A DNA stretch of 64,000 nt. Source: Callorhinchus milii (Eukaryota). The notes beneath the pieces are model-generated. The model was not told the origin of the DNA. It saw only the letters and a list, made by a program, of their open reading frames with translations, and made no database searches. Location of the stretch: NCBI RefSeq assembly GCF_018977255.1, contig NW_024704743.1:51338001-51402000 (forward strand), given 5' to 3'. The translations under genes and the position numbers were made by a program. This document shows, in pieces, positions 13,276-27,046 of this stretch (its first letter is position 1; each line of letters begins with the position of its first letter).

Positions 13276-14530
13276 ATGACAACTGCACAAGTTTCTATTT
13301 GCATATCGTGATATGAATAGACATTTTATTCCCCATTCAAACTTGGAAAACAGACATGCAATATTTTATTTTATCCTATGGTTAGGAACAGTAGACGGGT
13401 TCAGAAGTGAAAGTTTACTACTACAGCTTTATCTTTATCCTATTGTTGCTCTTGTTATCTCTCCTGGGACTATTTTGTCTGCAGCTTTTATCATTGTACC
13501 AGAGGGCTGGAAACAACACGTAGTGGCTGCCTTATTATCTATTACTAGTCCAAAATCACAAGTGTGCAACTAGTAGAGAAAGGTTGAAAGTAAAACTCCA
13601 TGCCACTTTTCATCTCTTTGTTTTTATCTTTCAGGCTTTGGCATGCCTCTAAAGAAGAAGACATCACATTTAATTCAAAAGTCTAGGAGTCCAAGCCCAA
13701 CATTGAAGATAATCATTTTTACGCCAGGGGAAAAAGATCAGTTGACTGAAGAAGTAGTAGCTTTGGACCTGCAGCCAAATTCAGCCATAAAGGATACATG
13801 TCTAGGCCCTGCTTAATCAAACCCAACCTAAATATGATGCAATTTCACATTCTGATTAACCAATAACTCCGATGTTAAACAGGCATTATTAGATCTAAAA
13901 CAAATGAATGTACAGCTAACATTATGTCTGTATTTTACTGCACACCAAGTTCACACATTGTGTACAACACAACAACTTGCTTTTATATAGCGCCCTTCAC
14001 CCAGGGTACTATCCTAGAGAGTACTGAGCTGTCCAAAGCTGATGACTAGCAGGGATGGGAAAGTTGAATATCATGATCACAGACAAAAAACACACTCTTT
14101 CCTGAAGACGTGTATGTTGCTTGATTGGACTTTTCTCATAGCTTGACAAGCAGAATGTTTGTCATAGATAAATATACACTGTTTTGCATATATACATAAA
14201 TCATTCTGCAAAAAGCTCTCCAGAAAGAATACTAAGTGCAATGTAAGGTTTAAGAACCAAATAAGTGATGTTGTTTATAAATAGATATAAATTTGCAGAA
14301 TGGGTATCCATGTTAAAGATATGCATATTGGTGATAACTCATCAGGGTTCAGGCGATGGACTGACAACACCATTCAAACAAGGCACTTAAAGTTAGAACA
14401 AGCTTATCTCAGCTTCCCCTTGGCTCCAATCTATGCAAGTTTGATCGTGTACATTACTACACCATAGGTTTTCAATTAAAAACTATCCATACTTGCTATA
14501 TTTCCTGAGATATGCGCAGCAATTGAATCC

Positions 14531-14640
14531 AATGGAGTGAAATTTATGACGATCCATAATAAGTTCAATGAGATAATTATTGCCTGGCAACAGTTATCAT
14601 ATCAAAGTCATTATTAAATGCCTCAAATTTCACCGCAATC
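14531..14640. mobile_element. Palindromic MITE-like element
   Basis: aatggagtgaaattt ... aaatttcaccgcaat ends with a centre gataattattgcc/ggcaacagttatc; ends resemble the 4031 element. Confidence 0.55.
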
Positions 14641-16962
14641 CCTGAATGTGTGCATGCCTTATCCCTCTTTGTAACCTAGGCATACAAAATTATATTACAC
14701 TAAAGACAAGTTATTGTAAAGGACTTTGGTATACAGGCCACTCAAGTTAAAACGTCATAACAAACGTGTGTGGGGGGGTGTATTTCCACAGTTAACAGCA
14801 TATCAGAGAGACTGGAATTTCATTGTACCGCTTGATCCTTGCTTCAAGTGTTGTATTCTACATGATTCCACTATTACGATTTTTAAGGGAACCTTTTGTC
14901 AGGGATGTGAATACATCCAATATCTCCTGGATGCACTTACAAGATAAGAGCAGCCAGGACTATCTCTTTCGGCACCCATTAGGTTGGCTTTACACAGTCA
15001 TCCTGACATTAGCTGCAGAAAGAGATTGGACGTGGTAACAATGTTAACAGTTTGCAACTGATGATAGTAATATCTTGACTTAAATCAGTCATATAAAAAT
15101 AGTGAAATCCATATCTTAAAACCATCATGACTAAGCAGATTGTTCTAATCTTACCTCCAGGAGCTGAAGTTGCAGTGCAAGGAATCCTGTCCTGTAGCAA
15201 TCATCTGAGACTGCTTTTGCTGGTCATATATGATTGAAGTATTTAGGCTGTCTTCCAATTGCTGCACACCAAAATAAATTTCCGTTAGGCTGATAGATGT
15301 TGATCATGAATATAGCCAAATAGTTTGGAGCAGCTAATGCCTCTCAAACACTCGTGTTTTTATCAATTAAGACAAGGTTAATGTGTCTCTTTGTTTCTTT
15401 AGACCTATGACTGGAATGGGATCTTTATTTATTTATTTCCCATCCTAACCATCTAATGGCTATATAATAGTATAACTAATAGAGGAAGATAAAACTGAGA
15501 TAGAAAGGCAAGGATAAATTGGGGAACATTTGGACCAAGTGCTGTTAGTGGGTTTGGCAACATCAACAATCATTTATACGGCACACTTCACGTAGAATAA
15601 TGTATCGGCAGTTCAATGACATGCTTTTTACTAAAATAAAAAATGTTTGAATTTTTCACCTATACACCTTCCACTCAATCCATTGAAGTACTTTGAGACA
15701 TTGTCCTGACACGAAAGCCACTAGACCAAATGCAAGTATTATTATTACAACAAATATAATAATATTATTAAGACATGCCTGAAAGTAGATTTCTTCTGGA
15801 ATTTCTGTAGCATACCAGACCAATAACTGGAATGGGATCTTTTTGAACCTATAAAGAAAAAGGAAACTGCAAAAATTAAACAGGAATTAATTGGGAAACA
15901 TTTGGACCAAATGCTGTTAGTGGGATTGGTTAGAGTTCAATCACATGATTTTTTCTGAAATAAAAAATTGCAATTTGCTCTCCTTTCTCCTCCTAAATGT
16001 ATTTGACATTTTTTTCCTACCATGACTCATGGGTGCACGGATGCTGAACCCCCTCTATTATCTTGCCCAGATAACAATTCATCATGTGTGAGCCTTAACA
16101 GTGAGCACTGACAAGCATTGCAACTAATCCCAATCATGTCTGCACATGTGTACCTTCCAGCAGTTGGCTGCGGATCGTATTCAGCAGCGAGACATGTTTA
16201 CCCGAGTACTGTAAATCAACCAGAGCTTGGATAACATGTCTAGATTTGGGGTGGTGCATTCTATTATAAATAGAATGTGTGAATTTCAGCCCAACATTCA
16301 AGTATTTCTGCCCTGTCATCTGATCATAACTCACTTGTAAGTTCATCTCTTATGCAAAGGCCTCCAGGTTATTTTGTTTGATCATTTCTGTGAATTCAAC
16401 AATGTGTGTTTATATCACACCCTTCTCTTGAGATAGCATCTTAGAGCGTTTAAAATTCAATTCAGTGATCTTGTACAAGTTTTTCTCTTTAAAGTATTCG
16501 TCACTTTGTCTCCCAGTGATTTTTGAAAAAGTGTACATCCACAAGCAACGATAGCTGCTCAAGTAACCATTCTTTATATGTGGGCCTAGACAATTAGTGT
16601 TGGCAGGCTATGCGGTTGTGGGGAGTAGCACAGCCAATTCTCTCCTCACATGCAGAGGTCAGTGAATAAAAATCATTAGTACTAGGAAGTGTATTTTCAA
16701 CAGCAGTTGGTTCTCTCTGATTAAGATGGGGAATTTATTTCAACATTTGCTGCAAATTATGGGCAGTTTGCACAATGGACTCATATCAGTTCAAGAATGA
16801 TGCTGCGACTTTCATATCATACCTCATGTTGTGCCCTTACATCAGCGTATGCAGTCAAGACATTTGTCTGGTCAGTATGGACTGGGTTCAAAACAAAATT
16901 TCAGAGGTGAAAAGACATTGAGGTGTATCACAACCAATAACTTTACTGGAGATCTATTGCTT

Positions 16963-17434
16963 GGAGCACTCGCTTCGCAAGGGAGAGACCTGGATACAAT
17001 TCCGGCAGGACGAAATATTGGGCAAGTTTCCTTCCTATAACTGCATCTGTTTACTTAGGAGTAAGTAGGAACCTGATTGTTAGTCGATTGGTGGATCGCT
17101 TTTCTGGGGGTAATAATTCCTTCAAAAAAATAAATAAATATCTCACAAACAGTTACTTCAATCCGTAACTGTTTGTGAGATACTGCTGTGCACAATTGCC
17201 CACAAAATACCCAGTCAATTCACTTTACAGTATATTCTGTGAAGCGCTTTGAGACGTCTCGAAAACATGATATAGCACTACATCAAATGTGACAACAACA
17301 AAATTACATTTATAGAGTGCCTTTCACGTCGGGAGGAAGTCCCAAGGCGCTGGACAGTCAGGGGTCAGGACCCGAGCATTGGGGAGGGGTAGGGTAGGGG
17401 TGAGGGAAGGCAGAGAGGATTATTATTATTATTA
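16963..17434 (+). mobile_element. tRNA-derived SINE, long variant, with an L2 tail inserted in its 3' end
   Basis: gagcactcgcttcgcaag head and long internal segment; the tail atcaaatg...gattattatt is split by a minus-strand L2 3' end at about 17292-17417. Confidence 0.85.
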
Positions 17435-18086
17435 TGATGTGTTTATACTAGATTTCCCATCCTAACCACCTAATGGCTACATAAGTAGTATAAGAAATTG
17501 GCATGTGACAGGCCCCATTGCACTTACTTTGTACACTAGCCAGTCCCATTATGTGAATGTTTATTTTATGTGTGAATGGATGAGTTTAAACATAGTACCT
17601 ATGCGATAATGTTTAACCCACCAGGCAGTTCAAATGTTGGATTCCCTCTGAAAGCAAATACACAATTATAAGGCATTTTTCTTGATCAGTTAAAAAATTG
17701 CACAATATAAAATACTGAATGTTGTATACTTTCCTGATGAGATTAATCCTCAAGTTAAAAATGCAGAAATAAACAAATGATAATAAGAATAATGACTCTT
17801 ACGTTTGATATAGCCCCTATATCATGTCATCAAAACATCTGAAAGTCCATACTGTTTTCACAGGATACATTGTAAAGTGTAGTGACTGTATATTTTGTAA
17901 GGAATGATAAGAAATGATTTAACAATTCAAGGCTCCGGTTGAAACTTACATTTATATTGGCTGAAGGAAAAGTTCTCAGAAAATCTCAAGAATGATTTGG
18001 ATAAAGAAGGCCCAATGACCTATTTGATATCATTTCTGGTGTTGTGTAAGTAGATATTAATGTGGTCAACTTGATAATAATCTAAA

Positions 18087-18463
18087 TCTAGATAAGAATG
18101 CTGTTTAATTCTTGATAATAGTGCTGCCTAACTCTAGGTAATAGTGCTACCTAAATCTAGATAATAATGTTATCTAACTTTAGATAATAATTGCGTGTGT
18201 GTGTGTGTGTGTGTGTGTGCGCAGCAGCATAGGGAGCAAGAGAGGGAGATGACAGCAACTCCACTTTAAACATTGTTCCAGCCACTGGAGTAAGGAGTGG
18301 TTCAAGACTCGTGAGGAATATAAACACAGGCATGGACTAGTTGGGAAGAATGGCTTGTTTCAATCTATCAAAATCTAGAAACATCTATAGATAATAATGC
18401 TGTCTAACTTTAGATAATAGTACAGTCTAACTCCAGATAATAGTACAGTATTATCTAACTCTG
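18087..18463. repeat. 23-bp minisatellite interrupted by (GT)n and a CR1-like tail
   Basis: Units like tctagataataatgctgtctaac start at 18087, 18110, 18133, 18156 and 18179, resuming near 18387. Confidence 0.85.
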
Positions 18464-18780
18464 CAGACATAAAGTGTGTTGCATAGCTGTTGACAAGAAT
18501 TCATTTTGTTACAAGCACTTCTTATGCAAGGAATCTTAACCTCAAAGGAAGTTACCGCCTACACAAAAAGCCGAAATAGAAATTTCCTGACAACAGTATG
18601 CCTGATTTTTTGAAAAAATATATAGCCTAGACTTTGAAAATATATTTTGGGTATACTGTTTGCCTTCAAATATAGTGGATACACAGTAACAAATAGAATG
18701 AAGTTTATCTGATGCATGTGCATAGTGGATCAAATTTTACTTGGTTGTTTGCATAACTGCAGCACACCTCATGAAGGATA

Positions 18781-18989
18781 ATTGGGGCTGTGTACATTTA
18801 CAGATTGTGTAAGCTATGTGCAAACACTTGTGAATCACAGCAGCCCATATGTAATTAATAACCACTGGAAAAGATTGCAGACTCATCTGTAATTCTTTAC
18901 CTTGTCAAATACATGATTAAAGGCATCTGCTCCCTCTGTAAACATGTTTTGCACATAGTTTGCGCACCCCCGCAAACTAGATCCCCAAT
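18781..18989. mobile_element. Old MITE-like inverted-repeat element
   Basis: attgggg...ctatgtgcaaa / tttgcacatag...ccccaat. Confidence 0.55.
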
Positions 18990-21251
18990 ACAGCAATGCA
19001 ACAGCAACTTGCATTCATATAACTCCCTTCAAGTGGGTTAACATCTCGGAGTGCTGAATTAAGAGTAACTTGCAAATCTCTAATAGCTTTTGAAATTCCA
19101 TATGATGACTACATGTGAAGGGAAAGTTGAATCTCATTTTAACTTATGAGTATAATAAAATAATAATTTTCTCTGGCATCATTTATTAGAGCACTATAGT
19201 GCACTTATAGTGAAAAGTGCTATATCAAATGCAAGCATTATTATCATTATTATTATTATTATTACTCATTTGCCTTTTTTATTGTATAATTCATGCCAGA
19301 TTTTGTTTTACTTTGTTGAGGTCCCAGAAGCAAGGAAATGGATTGGATGCCACTGTTTTGTGATATCCAAACTGAAGCAACAAGAAATCACATGACTTGT
19401 ACAAGAATATCAAAGACTTTCTTTTTTAACAACTTGATATTGTGTTATTCAGTGTCTTCTATGTATTGTAATATGCACTAATGTGTAATCACACTTTGTG
19501 CTAAGGTTTATTCAATTGAGTCTGAATGTAATAGCAGTGTATTCAGATGTGTATTGAAGTGATGAGATCAGGGAGCATACAGAGTGTAGCATTCAGAATA
19601 AGCAAATTATTTTACACCCTTTCATTTGAGTAAAGAAAACTCTTAAGGTGTTGTGGTCTGACTGGATTTCCTACCAAGCTATGCTTGGCTAAAGATTAAT
19701 TAAAAGGAAAACACTTGTTGTCTTGCTAGATATTCAACTGTTAAAAACCTTATCACAGCTCAGTCAGTTAGTATCAGCTGCATTGCCACAGGCTCGTTTC
19801 CAGTGTTTTATCTAGCAACTTGGTCAGATAAGCAGTTACATCCAGGAACCCTATCTATTTGTGAGCTGATCTTTATCTATTATCATGGCTATCTGCCAGA
19901 GCTCTGAAATATTGGTTAGTAAGGTATGCCTGAGATAATGATGGACACCAATAGTACAGCATTTTGTACCTTACCTTTTGTTGCTGTAGAATGCACTGTA
20001 TCATTAAACTTCGGGTTGTGAGTTAAACTAATAGAATTATCCAAAGATGTAATGTGCATTTCAATTTACAGCTCTCAGATTTCAATAGGGAACCATTTTA
20101 TTGTACTGTGCTGTTGCACATAATGTCCTGCGATAATTATTAGTCATAATAACTGAGTGAGTGACGTAATAATCAGGAATTATTATTGTTTCAAATTAAT
20201 AAGCTGCATTAATCATGCAGAGTAAGTGAGAAGGTTTTTTTTCTATATTTTGTAAATCTGGTTTCCAGCTCCACAACATTTGTCTTATTTTGTTAAAAAA
20301 AACACTTGAGAAACCATAGGTATTAGAACTTATAAAGGTTAAACAGGAGATCAGATAATGAAAAAAAATGATAGGAAGATGATAGAAGCAGAGAGGATGG
20401 GGGAGCCCAATTAAATTGTGTGTGTGCTTCTCTCACAAGTACTGCCATTTAATCCCTGCAGACCAGAATTTCAGCCTGTTAAACTGCAAATCCAGAGAGT
20501 GCCTTTCATGAATCCCTGTTATTACAGCTCAGGTCCACCACTGTCCTTCTGGGTGAGAGGCCCATCACTCCCTCTCTATTAATCATCATCCAGCCTCCTA
20601 ACACCTGGGACTTACTCCAACTCCCACTGTTGCTATATTGATAATATTCCCTGTTGATTTCCTCATTTTCTCTGTCTGAGATAGAATGACCTCTTTAAAA
20701 TTCTTTATAAACGTCAGTAATTGCTGCATCGAACTTCAATTCATTATTTTCCCAGGCCTCATGTATTTTGATGATATGAAAGTTGACCACATTTACATGC
20801 AAATTGAAGTTTTATATTAATAAGGACCAGTAAAAGAGATTGCATGGTAATACTCCATTATGACTTTTAAGTACATTTGGTCATGTCTTTACTCAGCATT
20901 AGCATGGTCAGACCACAAGGAAATCGTGTTGGCCTGATTGCAATTTTGTTTTCCAATTGAAAGTACAATTTCATCAGGTTTTCCTGTCATTTCTAATAAT
21001 GAGTTAAGTTTGCTCAGTAAATTGAAGAATTTCTTTGGGTCTGATGACAAGCTGGGTAACAGGTGAGAAGACAGCTCGTAAAATGAAGTGCTTTAGCAAG
21101 AGCTCTACTGATATCCTTTCTGGCATGTTCTTTCTAAAGAATGGAGATGAGGAGGGGTTAGTGGGGTGGGTGGTGGTGAAGAGGCGGAGGTCGGGTGAGG
21201 TGTTTGAGGTGGAGTGGGATTCGGGATCAGAGAATCCAGCACAATGAATTT

Positions 21252-21395
21252 CAACAACAACAAACAACAAATTAATTTGTATAGCACGTTTTACTTCAGG
21301 AGGATATTCCAAAGAGCTGGACAGTCAAGGATGTGCACACGAGTTGGGGGTTAGGATCAGGAGGGGTGGAGGGTAGGGAGGGTGGTGTTAGGAGA
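21252..21395 (-). mobile_element. L2 3' tail fragment
   Basis: (caa)n, tatagcacg..caggaggatattccaaagagctggacag and a G-rich stretch. Confidence 0.75.
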
Positions 21396-22404
21396 AGTTA
21401 AATTAAAATTTAATTCCAATTTCATAAAGTTCATAACATTTTTTAAAAATAGCCAATTTTATAAAAGTTAGAATTTACAAATATCTCAGATATTTTACTT
21501 AGATATTCAGTCTCTAAAAAGGCACAATCTCCATTCATGGTGGGATTAAAATGTTAGATTTCCATATATAATATGAGGCAACTTCATGAACAAGGTAATG
21601 ATGCTTTCTGCAAACAATAAACTTATTTGATGTTGGCAGCAGTGATTGATTTTCAGTAACCTGGTTTCGTACCCGCACAGCTTTGTCATTAGGAACACAA
21701 ATGTCGATCATCTTTTCTTCTCAAAATGACTTTGACAACTGAATACAGATTTCAACTGCATCGATAGAGACTCAAATAGCTTAATAACAGCAAGGCTCAA
21801 TTTCCCTTTGTTGCTGATCTGCACAGCTACCCATTGTGCGAATAACTTTAGAAAAATTGTGGTGTGAATAATTCAGATTCTTAACATTGTATACTTTAAG
21901 AATCAGTGTTTTACTCTCAGTATCATAAAAAAGTGTAAATGAGTAGCATGAAAATCAGTAAGTGTGAAACCTTTTCCCCTCACTCTCTCAATGCTCCTAT
22001 TCGAAGGCTGAAACAATTGATGTACTCGGCCACCCTTAGATAAGATACTCATTAGGACAGACAGATTGGCGAAGCCTGTTTTCTGGCTGAATGCTTGTGA
22101 AACATATTCACTCTGGCTATCAATCTACCGTAGGAAAACATAATGATAGGACATCTGAATTAAGTACACGAGAAATGAATAGTGAAATTGAGGGTTATTA
22201 GTTTGAGTTTACTTTGTGATATTTCAACTGTGGAATTACCTACAGAGGAGATAAAGCAAGGGACTCCCTTAATTACCCCAATCTGGGAAGAATAAATGAT
22301 TCATAAATTTCAGCACATAATTACAATAAGGCAACAGATGGGAAGGATTATTTATTGCAAAGAAACTTTACCTTCAAAGGTTCTTTGAGCTTACAATTAT
22401 TCTG

Positions 22405-22600
22405 CCCCCACTCCATCCCCTGAGTCCCTCTGACCCGGTTCCTGTCTCCCCACCTCAAGACTTACCTTTTTGACCACACTTTGGGTCGTCTCCACTCTGC
22501 TCAGCTACCAGCCACAGCCTAGCTGCCCAGCCGAAAGTGTGGAGCGCTTTGAGACATCTTCCTGACATGAAAGGCACTATATAAATGCAAATTATATTGT
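22405..22600 (+). mobile_element. L2 3' end, degenerate
   Basis: cacctcaagacttacctttttgacc...agcgctttgagacatcttcctgacatgaaaggcactatataaatgcaa. Confidence 0.7.
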
Positions 22601-23042
22601 ATTGTACTCTTCCTTACATGTTGAATTACTTTGGCTCAGTTTCAAGCATCACACTAATTAATCGTGAGCAGCAGGGTCAAAATACAAAAGTGCGGAGTGA
22701 GCTTAACTTTGTTATTATCATTTACCTTTGCTATTTTAACGAAATGTTTATACAATTATCTTAGCCTTTGTAAGCGGGAGCTAAGCTCGGTAATTGAACT
22801 TGCTGTGTTAAGTTTGTTCTACACAGCCGACAAGATACATTCATTGTCAATCAACAGAAGAAATCCTGTCTCATTAATTATGCTGTTATTTTATCTCATG
22901 CTTTACTATAACATCAATTCCTACTATTTTGCTAAAAATATGGCAACTGGCCAGGCTGTGTTGTACTGTTTTTCAGGGATCAGATGTTATATTATGATAG
23001 GTGTTACTCTATTGTATTATTCTTATTTCCCAGGTATTTACC

Positions 23043-23465
23043 ATAATAATAATAATCCTTGCATTTGGTAAAGCATCTTTAATGTTGGGAGAACGTCACA
23101 GAATATACTGTAGAGTGAAGTGACTATATTTTGTAGGTGAATGCGGCAGCCCAATTGCGTACAGCAATGACCCACAAACAGCCATGAACTCAATGACCAA
23201 TTTTATTTGGGGGATTGTTGGCCAGGACACCGGGAGAGAGAAACTACCTTCTCTTTTTGAATAGTGCAATGGGATCTTTTACATCCACCTGAACAGGCAA
23301 ACGGGACGTCAGTTTAACATCTCATCCAAAGGACGGTACCTCCGACAATGCAACACTCCATCAGTAATGCATTGGAGTGTCAGCTTAAATATTCTATGGT
23401 TGGGTTCAAGCCCCAATGTGGTTTCTAACACAGAGGCATGAGTGCCACCCCTAAGTCAGGCTGAC
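23043..23465 (-). mobile_element. Deu-domain SINE
   Basis: atgggatcttttacatccacctgaacaggca...gtttaacatctcatcc is the reverse complement of the core in 9176-9618. Confidence 0.85.
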
Positions 23466-23644
23466 ACACAATACTTTTTTTAAAAATTCTGTTTTCCTTA
23501 CAGAACAAAGTGAAATATGGGACACATTTATTTTCAGGGATTCAGTGGTTTGCCAATCCATCAGACTGTAGGTATTCAACAAAAGCACAGCATATTCAAA
23601 ATTACTGAAACATGTGTTATAGTGAACTTCTAATCTACTGTTAA

Positions 23645-24005
23645 AACAGTCGTAGAAATTTACTGCACAGAAGAAGTCCATTCAGATCACCGCACCTCTG
23701 TTAGAGAGCAATCCTTTAAGTTCCATTTACCTGCCTTTTCCCATACTCCTGTAGTTTTACTCCTTTTTAGATATCTATCCAGTTCCCTTTCGAAAGTGAA
23801 TATGGATTCTGCTTCAACCACCCCTGGGAATTCCACATCCTATCCACTCACTGCTTGAAAGCATTTCTCCTAACCTCTTCATTTACTCATTTACTAACTA
23901 TCTTAAATTGATGCCCTCTTGTCAGTGACTCACCAACCATTAGAAATCATTTCTCCATATTGACTCTATGAAAACTCCTCATAATTTTAAAGGCCTCTAT
24001 CAGAT
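23645..24005 (-). mobile_element. CR1 3' fragment
   Basis: Collinear with 61860-62230 (tagaaatttactgcacagaag...cctctatcagatc). Confidence 0.75.
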
Positions 24006-27000
24006 CCTGTAGGGAATCAGAGTGAGGAGGAATGTGATTGAGACTCAGAGGCCAGGAATATAGACATTAGAGACAAACCTATTAATCTGTATATGACACT
24101 TTAACTGTGGACAGGAAGTTTTATTTTTGGCCAAGAATTCAGAAGAAAGATTCATTTTGAGAAAAATATTTTTGGTTCTATTGAGAAAGAAATGAGTTCT
24201 CTCTAAATGAGCCATCCTGCATCTCATGCTTATCCTCATTGTATGCGTCAGGAGTTTGCTTCAAATAGGCTCAACAATTGGTGGAGGTCCAGGAGCCTAT
24301 CCATTGCAGGAATCTTAGCAGCAGGTCTAGCAACATGAGAAACGGACCTGGTTGGAAATAGATGGTCCATTTTAAACATTGATAGTTCATTTTTCAATGT
24401 GCAAATGCTCTAGCATTCATTCACAAGATGTTAAATAAAGTACATTCCGCTCCACACCTATTCCAAGAATCCTGAAAAATTCCAGACCTGGTATGTAGCC
24501 TGGTATGAACTAAATCCTGTGAGAGTTTGAGTTGCCTCTTGTACCAATGCCTGCAGATGTTAGTTTTATAAGCAATGGAGCAGATGAACTCCCAATACTA
24601 AGATTATCCTTCTGTCACTCAAGTTTATACTGGGAAGGAGTTTAGTGGATGCCTGGACAGAAAAAATAGTCCTGGAAGCAGCATCAGTTTCGTTTCAGGG
24701 GAAAAATGTACCCAGATCCTAAGTACTGCTGGTAATGGAAGAAGCTCACAGCCTCAGGATGGAGCGGTTGGTGGAGAGATTCACTTGTTCAGTATCTTAC
24801 CTGGTGCGAGAGGTTTTGGAATGTTGGGGTACTATTGTGAGATTTAACATGATAATTAGCATTGGTAAAAATGATTGAATGGTCCACACATGTAATACCC
24901 CCTCCCCCACTACCCCCCACCACCGCCATCGACCTCAGTTCTAATGTTCAGCCCCAAACCATCCTGCGAACTCCACTTAAGCTGAAAAACTCAAAGCATG
25001 AAATTTAAGTGGCTTCTGGTTTGGTCAGGTTGATTAAACAATGGTGGCACTAAATAAATAATTCAAACACATTTGTGGTGCTTCTTAACCCCTTCGTTGT
25101 GCTATTTAACATAGGATTGTGCTAAGAAACACTGCAAATTTTACCCCCATTATAATCTTATTTTAATCAAATAAATCAGCTAATTTGAAGATATTGTGTG
25201 TGTGTGGACCATTCGATAATTGTTACCAATGCTTAAACAACTTCAACATGGAAGGTTGCAATCTGGCACTCTCTTTGGAATTGGTGTATAGTTTAAGTTA
25301 CGACTAAAGGTTGTATGGATAGGACACCGTGCTCTCTGGAAACTTCAGCAAACTTTCCAGCATGAGTTTCTGAAGGGTGGAAAATATACAAAGAATGGTT
25401 TCATCATTTCGGCAAACATTAAGCACTAATTCCTGCTTGTCATTAAATTAATCAATTATTGATGATGTACATTTGTTATAGCATTTCCTGAGAAGGAAGA
25501 AATAACCTGCACCCCCACTTTGTGCACCATAGTGCACAGAGCCATACTCTTGTATCATTGCCTAACTTCAAATGAGCAAATAATTCTGATTTCTTTGAAC
25601 ATTCATACATTGTGGGTAAAGTACTTAAAAGTAAATTAAAAGAAGGTGATTAATTTTTCCCTATCACTTTTCAGGAACACAGTTTGACAGCCACTTGCAA
25701 ACATTATATCACAGTCTCTCTGTAATGATAAGTATGGTGGGAGAAAGTGAATTGACAGGAAATGGAATTTATCTCAGGCTTGATGTCTTCCCCTAAATGT
25801 ACTTGCAACTTTCTGACTTGTGGTTCATAAGGTCAGGTCACCCACCAGTTTCAGACTCCTGCGAGTATCCTTTTTTTAATCTCTTACACTTACAGCCAAT
25901 AGTTCAAGTAGCTCTGTACTTGACTTCCAAACAGAAGGTCATAACAACTATTTTTCACTCTTAAGTTGCTTACCCAGGTTAAGCTACTATCATCAGTTTC
26001 TCAGCTGAGCTACTGGAATCAAAGAGCAGAGGGAGAGAATAGTAACACACTTGGCTGCGGCATTTCACCAAAACTGTCTTTATGGGTTGAATGACTCCAT
26101 CCCTAAAGCAATAATTTTACTGGCTTCTCGGAATTGGAAAAGGTACCTGGAGATGTGACATGCATTTTCTGCAGAGAAAACTCATGCACTTTTAGTTGAT
26201 TCACAAGCTTTCAGCTTTGACCTGAGTACATCTCAAAGCCAAGCTCTTGTGAGTTGCTGAACCATGAGTCTCCCAACAGAAACCGCAGTTTATGTTCCGG
26301 GGTGCTTTTGCAGATGGTAAGGTGCCAGAAGCACTACTGCTTTCCTGGATTTTTAAACCCTACTGTCTGGTGGGCTGTAATGTTCCTCCAGATGGCCAAG
26401 AAAGCAAAGATTATGAAGCAGTTCACAACCATTCAGACCAGAAGCATTGGCAAACAGCAACATGTAAAGAGAAAAATGTGTAACACTAAAATCTAAAGAT
26501 GCCCCAATAACACTTGTACAAATCAGCCGGAAGCATCTGGACAGTTCTTTGAATTACACTATTGCTCCTTTACGATAATTACACAGCAACACCCTGGAAG
26601 AGTGTCAGTTATCATAGGCTTACTTAATATTCCTCCTTTTGCCTTCCCTGCAAAAGAAGCTGTCAATCAACAACATAGACACTTGTGAATCTGCATTTTC
26701 CACAGATGGATGTCAGTGGCAAATGCAAAGAGTAATTGAAATCTGCACAATCTGGCGAATAAAATTTCAGGGTAATTAAAAATGTTACGTTCCAGACCCT
26801 TGGATGACACTCTGGGCTGTCTGCATCCCAATTGTGTGATGAGTTCAGGAGCAAATGGACATGCAGGATTGCACCTGATAGACCCCTGGAGACACATCAG
26901 CCTCAGGAGATGTGGGAAGAGTGCATAACCTGCTTTTGTAGTGAAACAGAGATACAAACCTCACTCCAGAGCTACAGGAGTTAATTTCCAATATTGAAAG

Positions 27001-27046
27001 AAAGCTTTGAGATCGGATAGGATGATCTGCTTTCTTTCTTTACTTG

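Noticed and set aside
18087..18463. CRISPR-like array
   Set aside because: Units are contiguous with no spacers, the context is eukaryotic and there are no cas genes
22664..23071. 135-aa hydrophobic ORF
   Set aside because: Non-ATG start, AT-rich composition, ends in a SINE tail and has no recognisable domain
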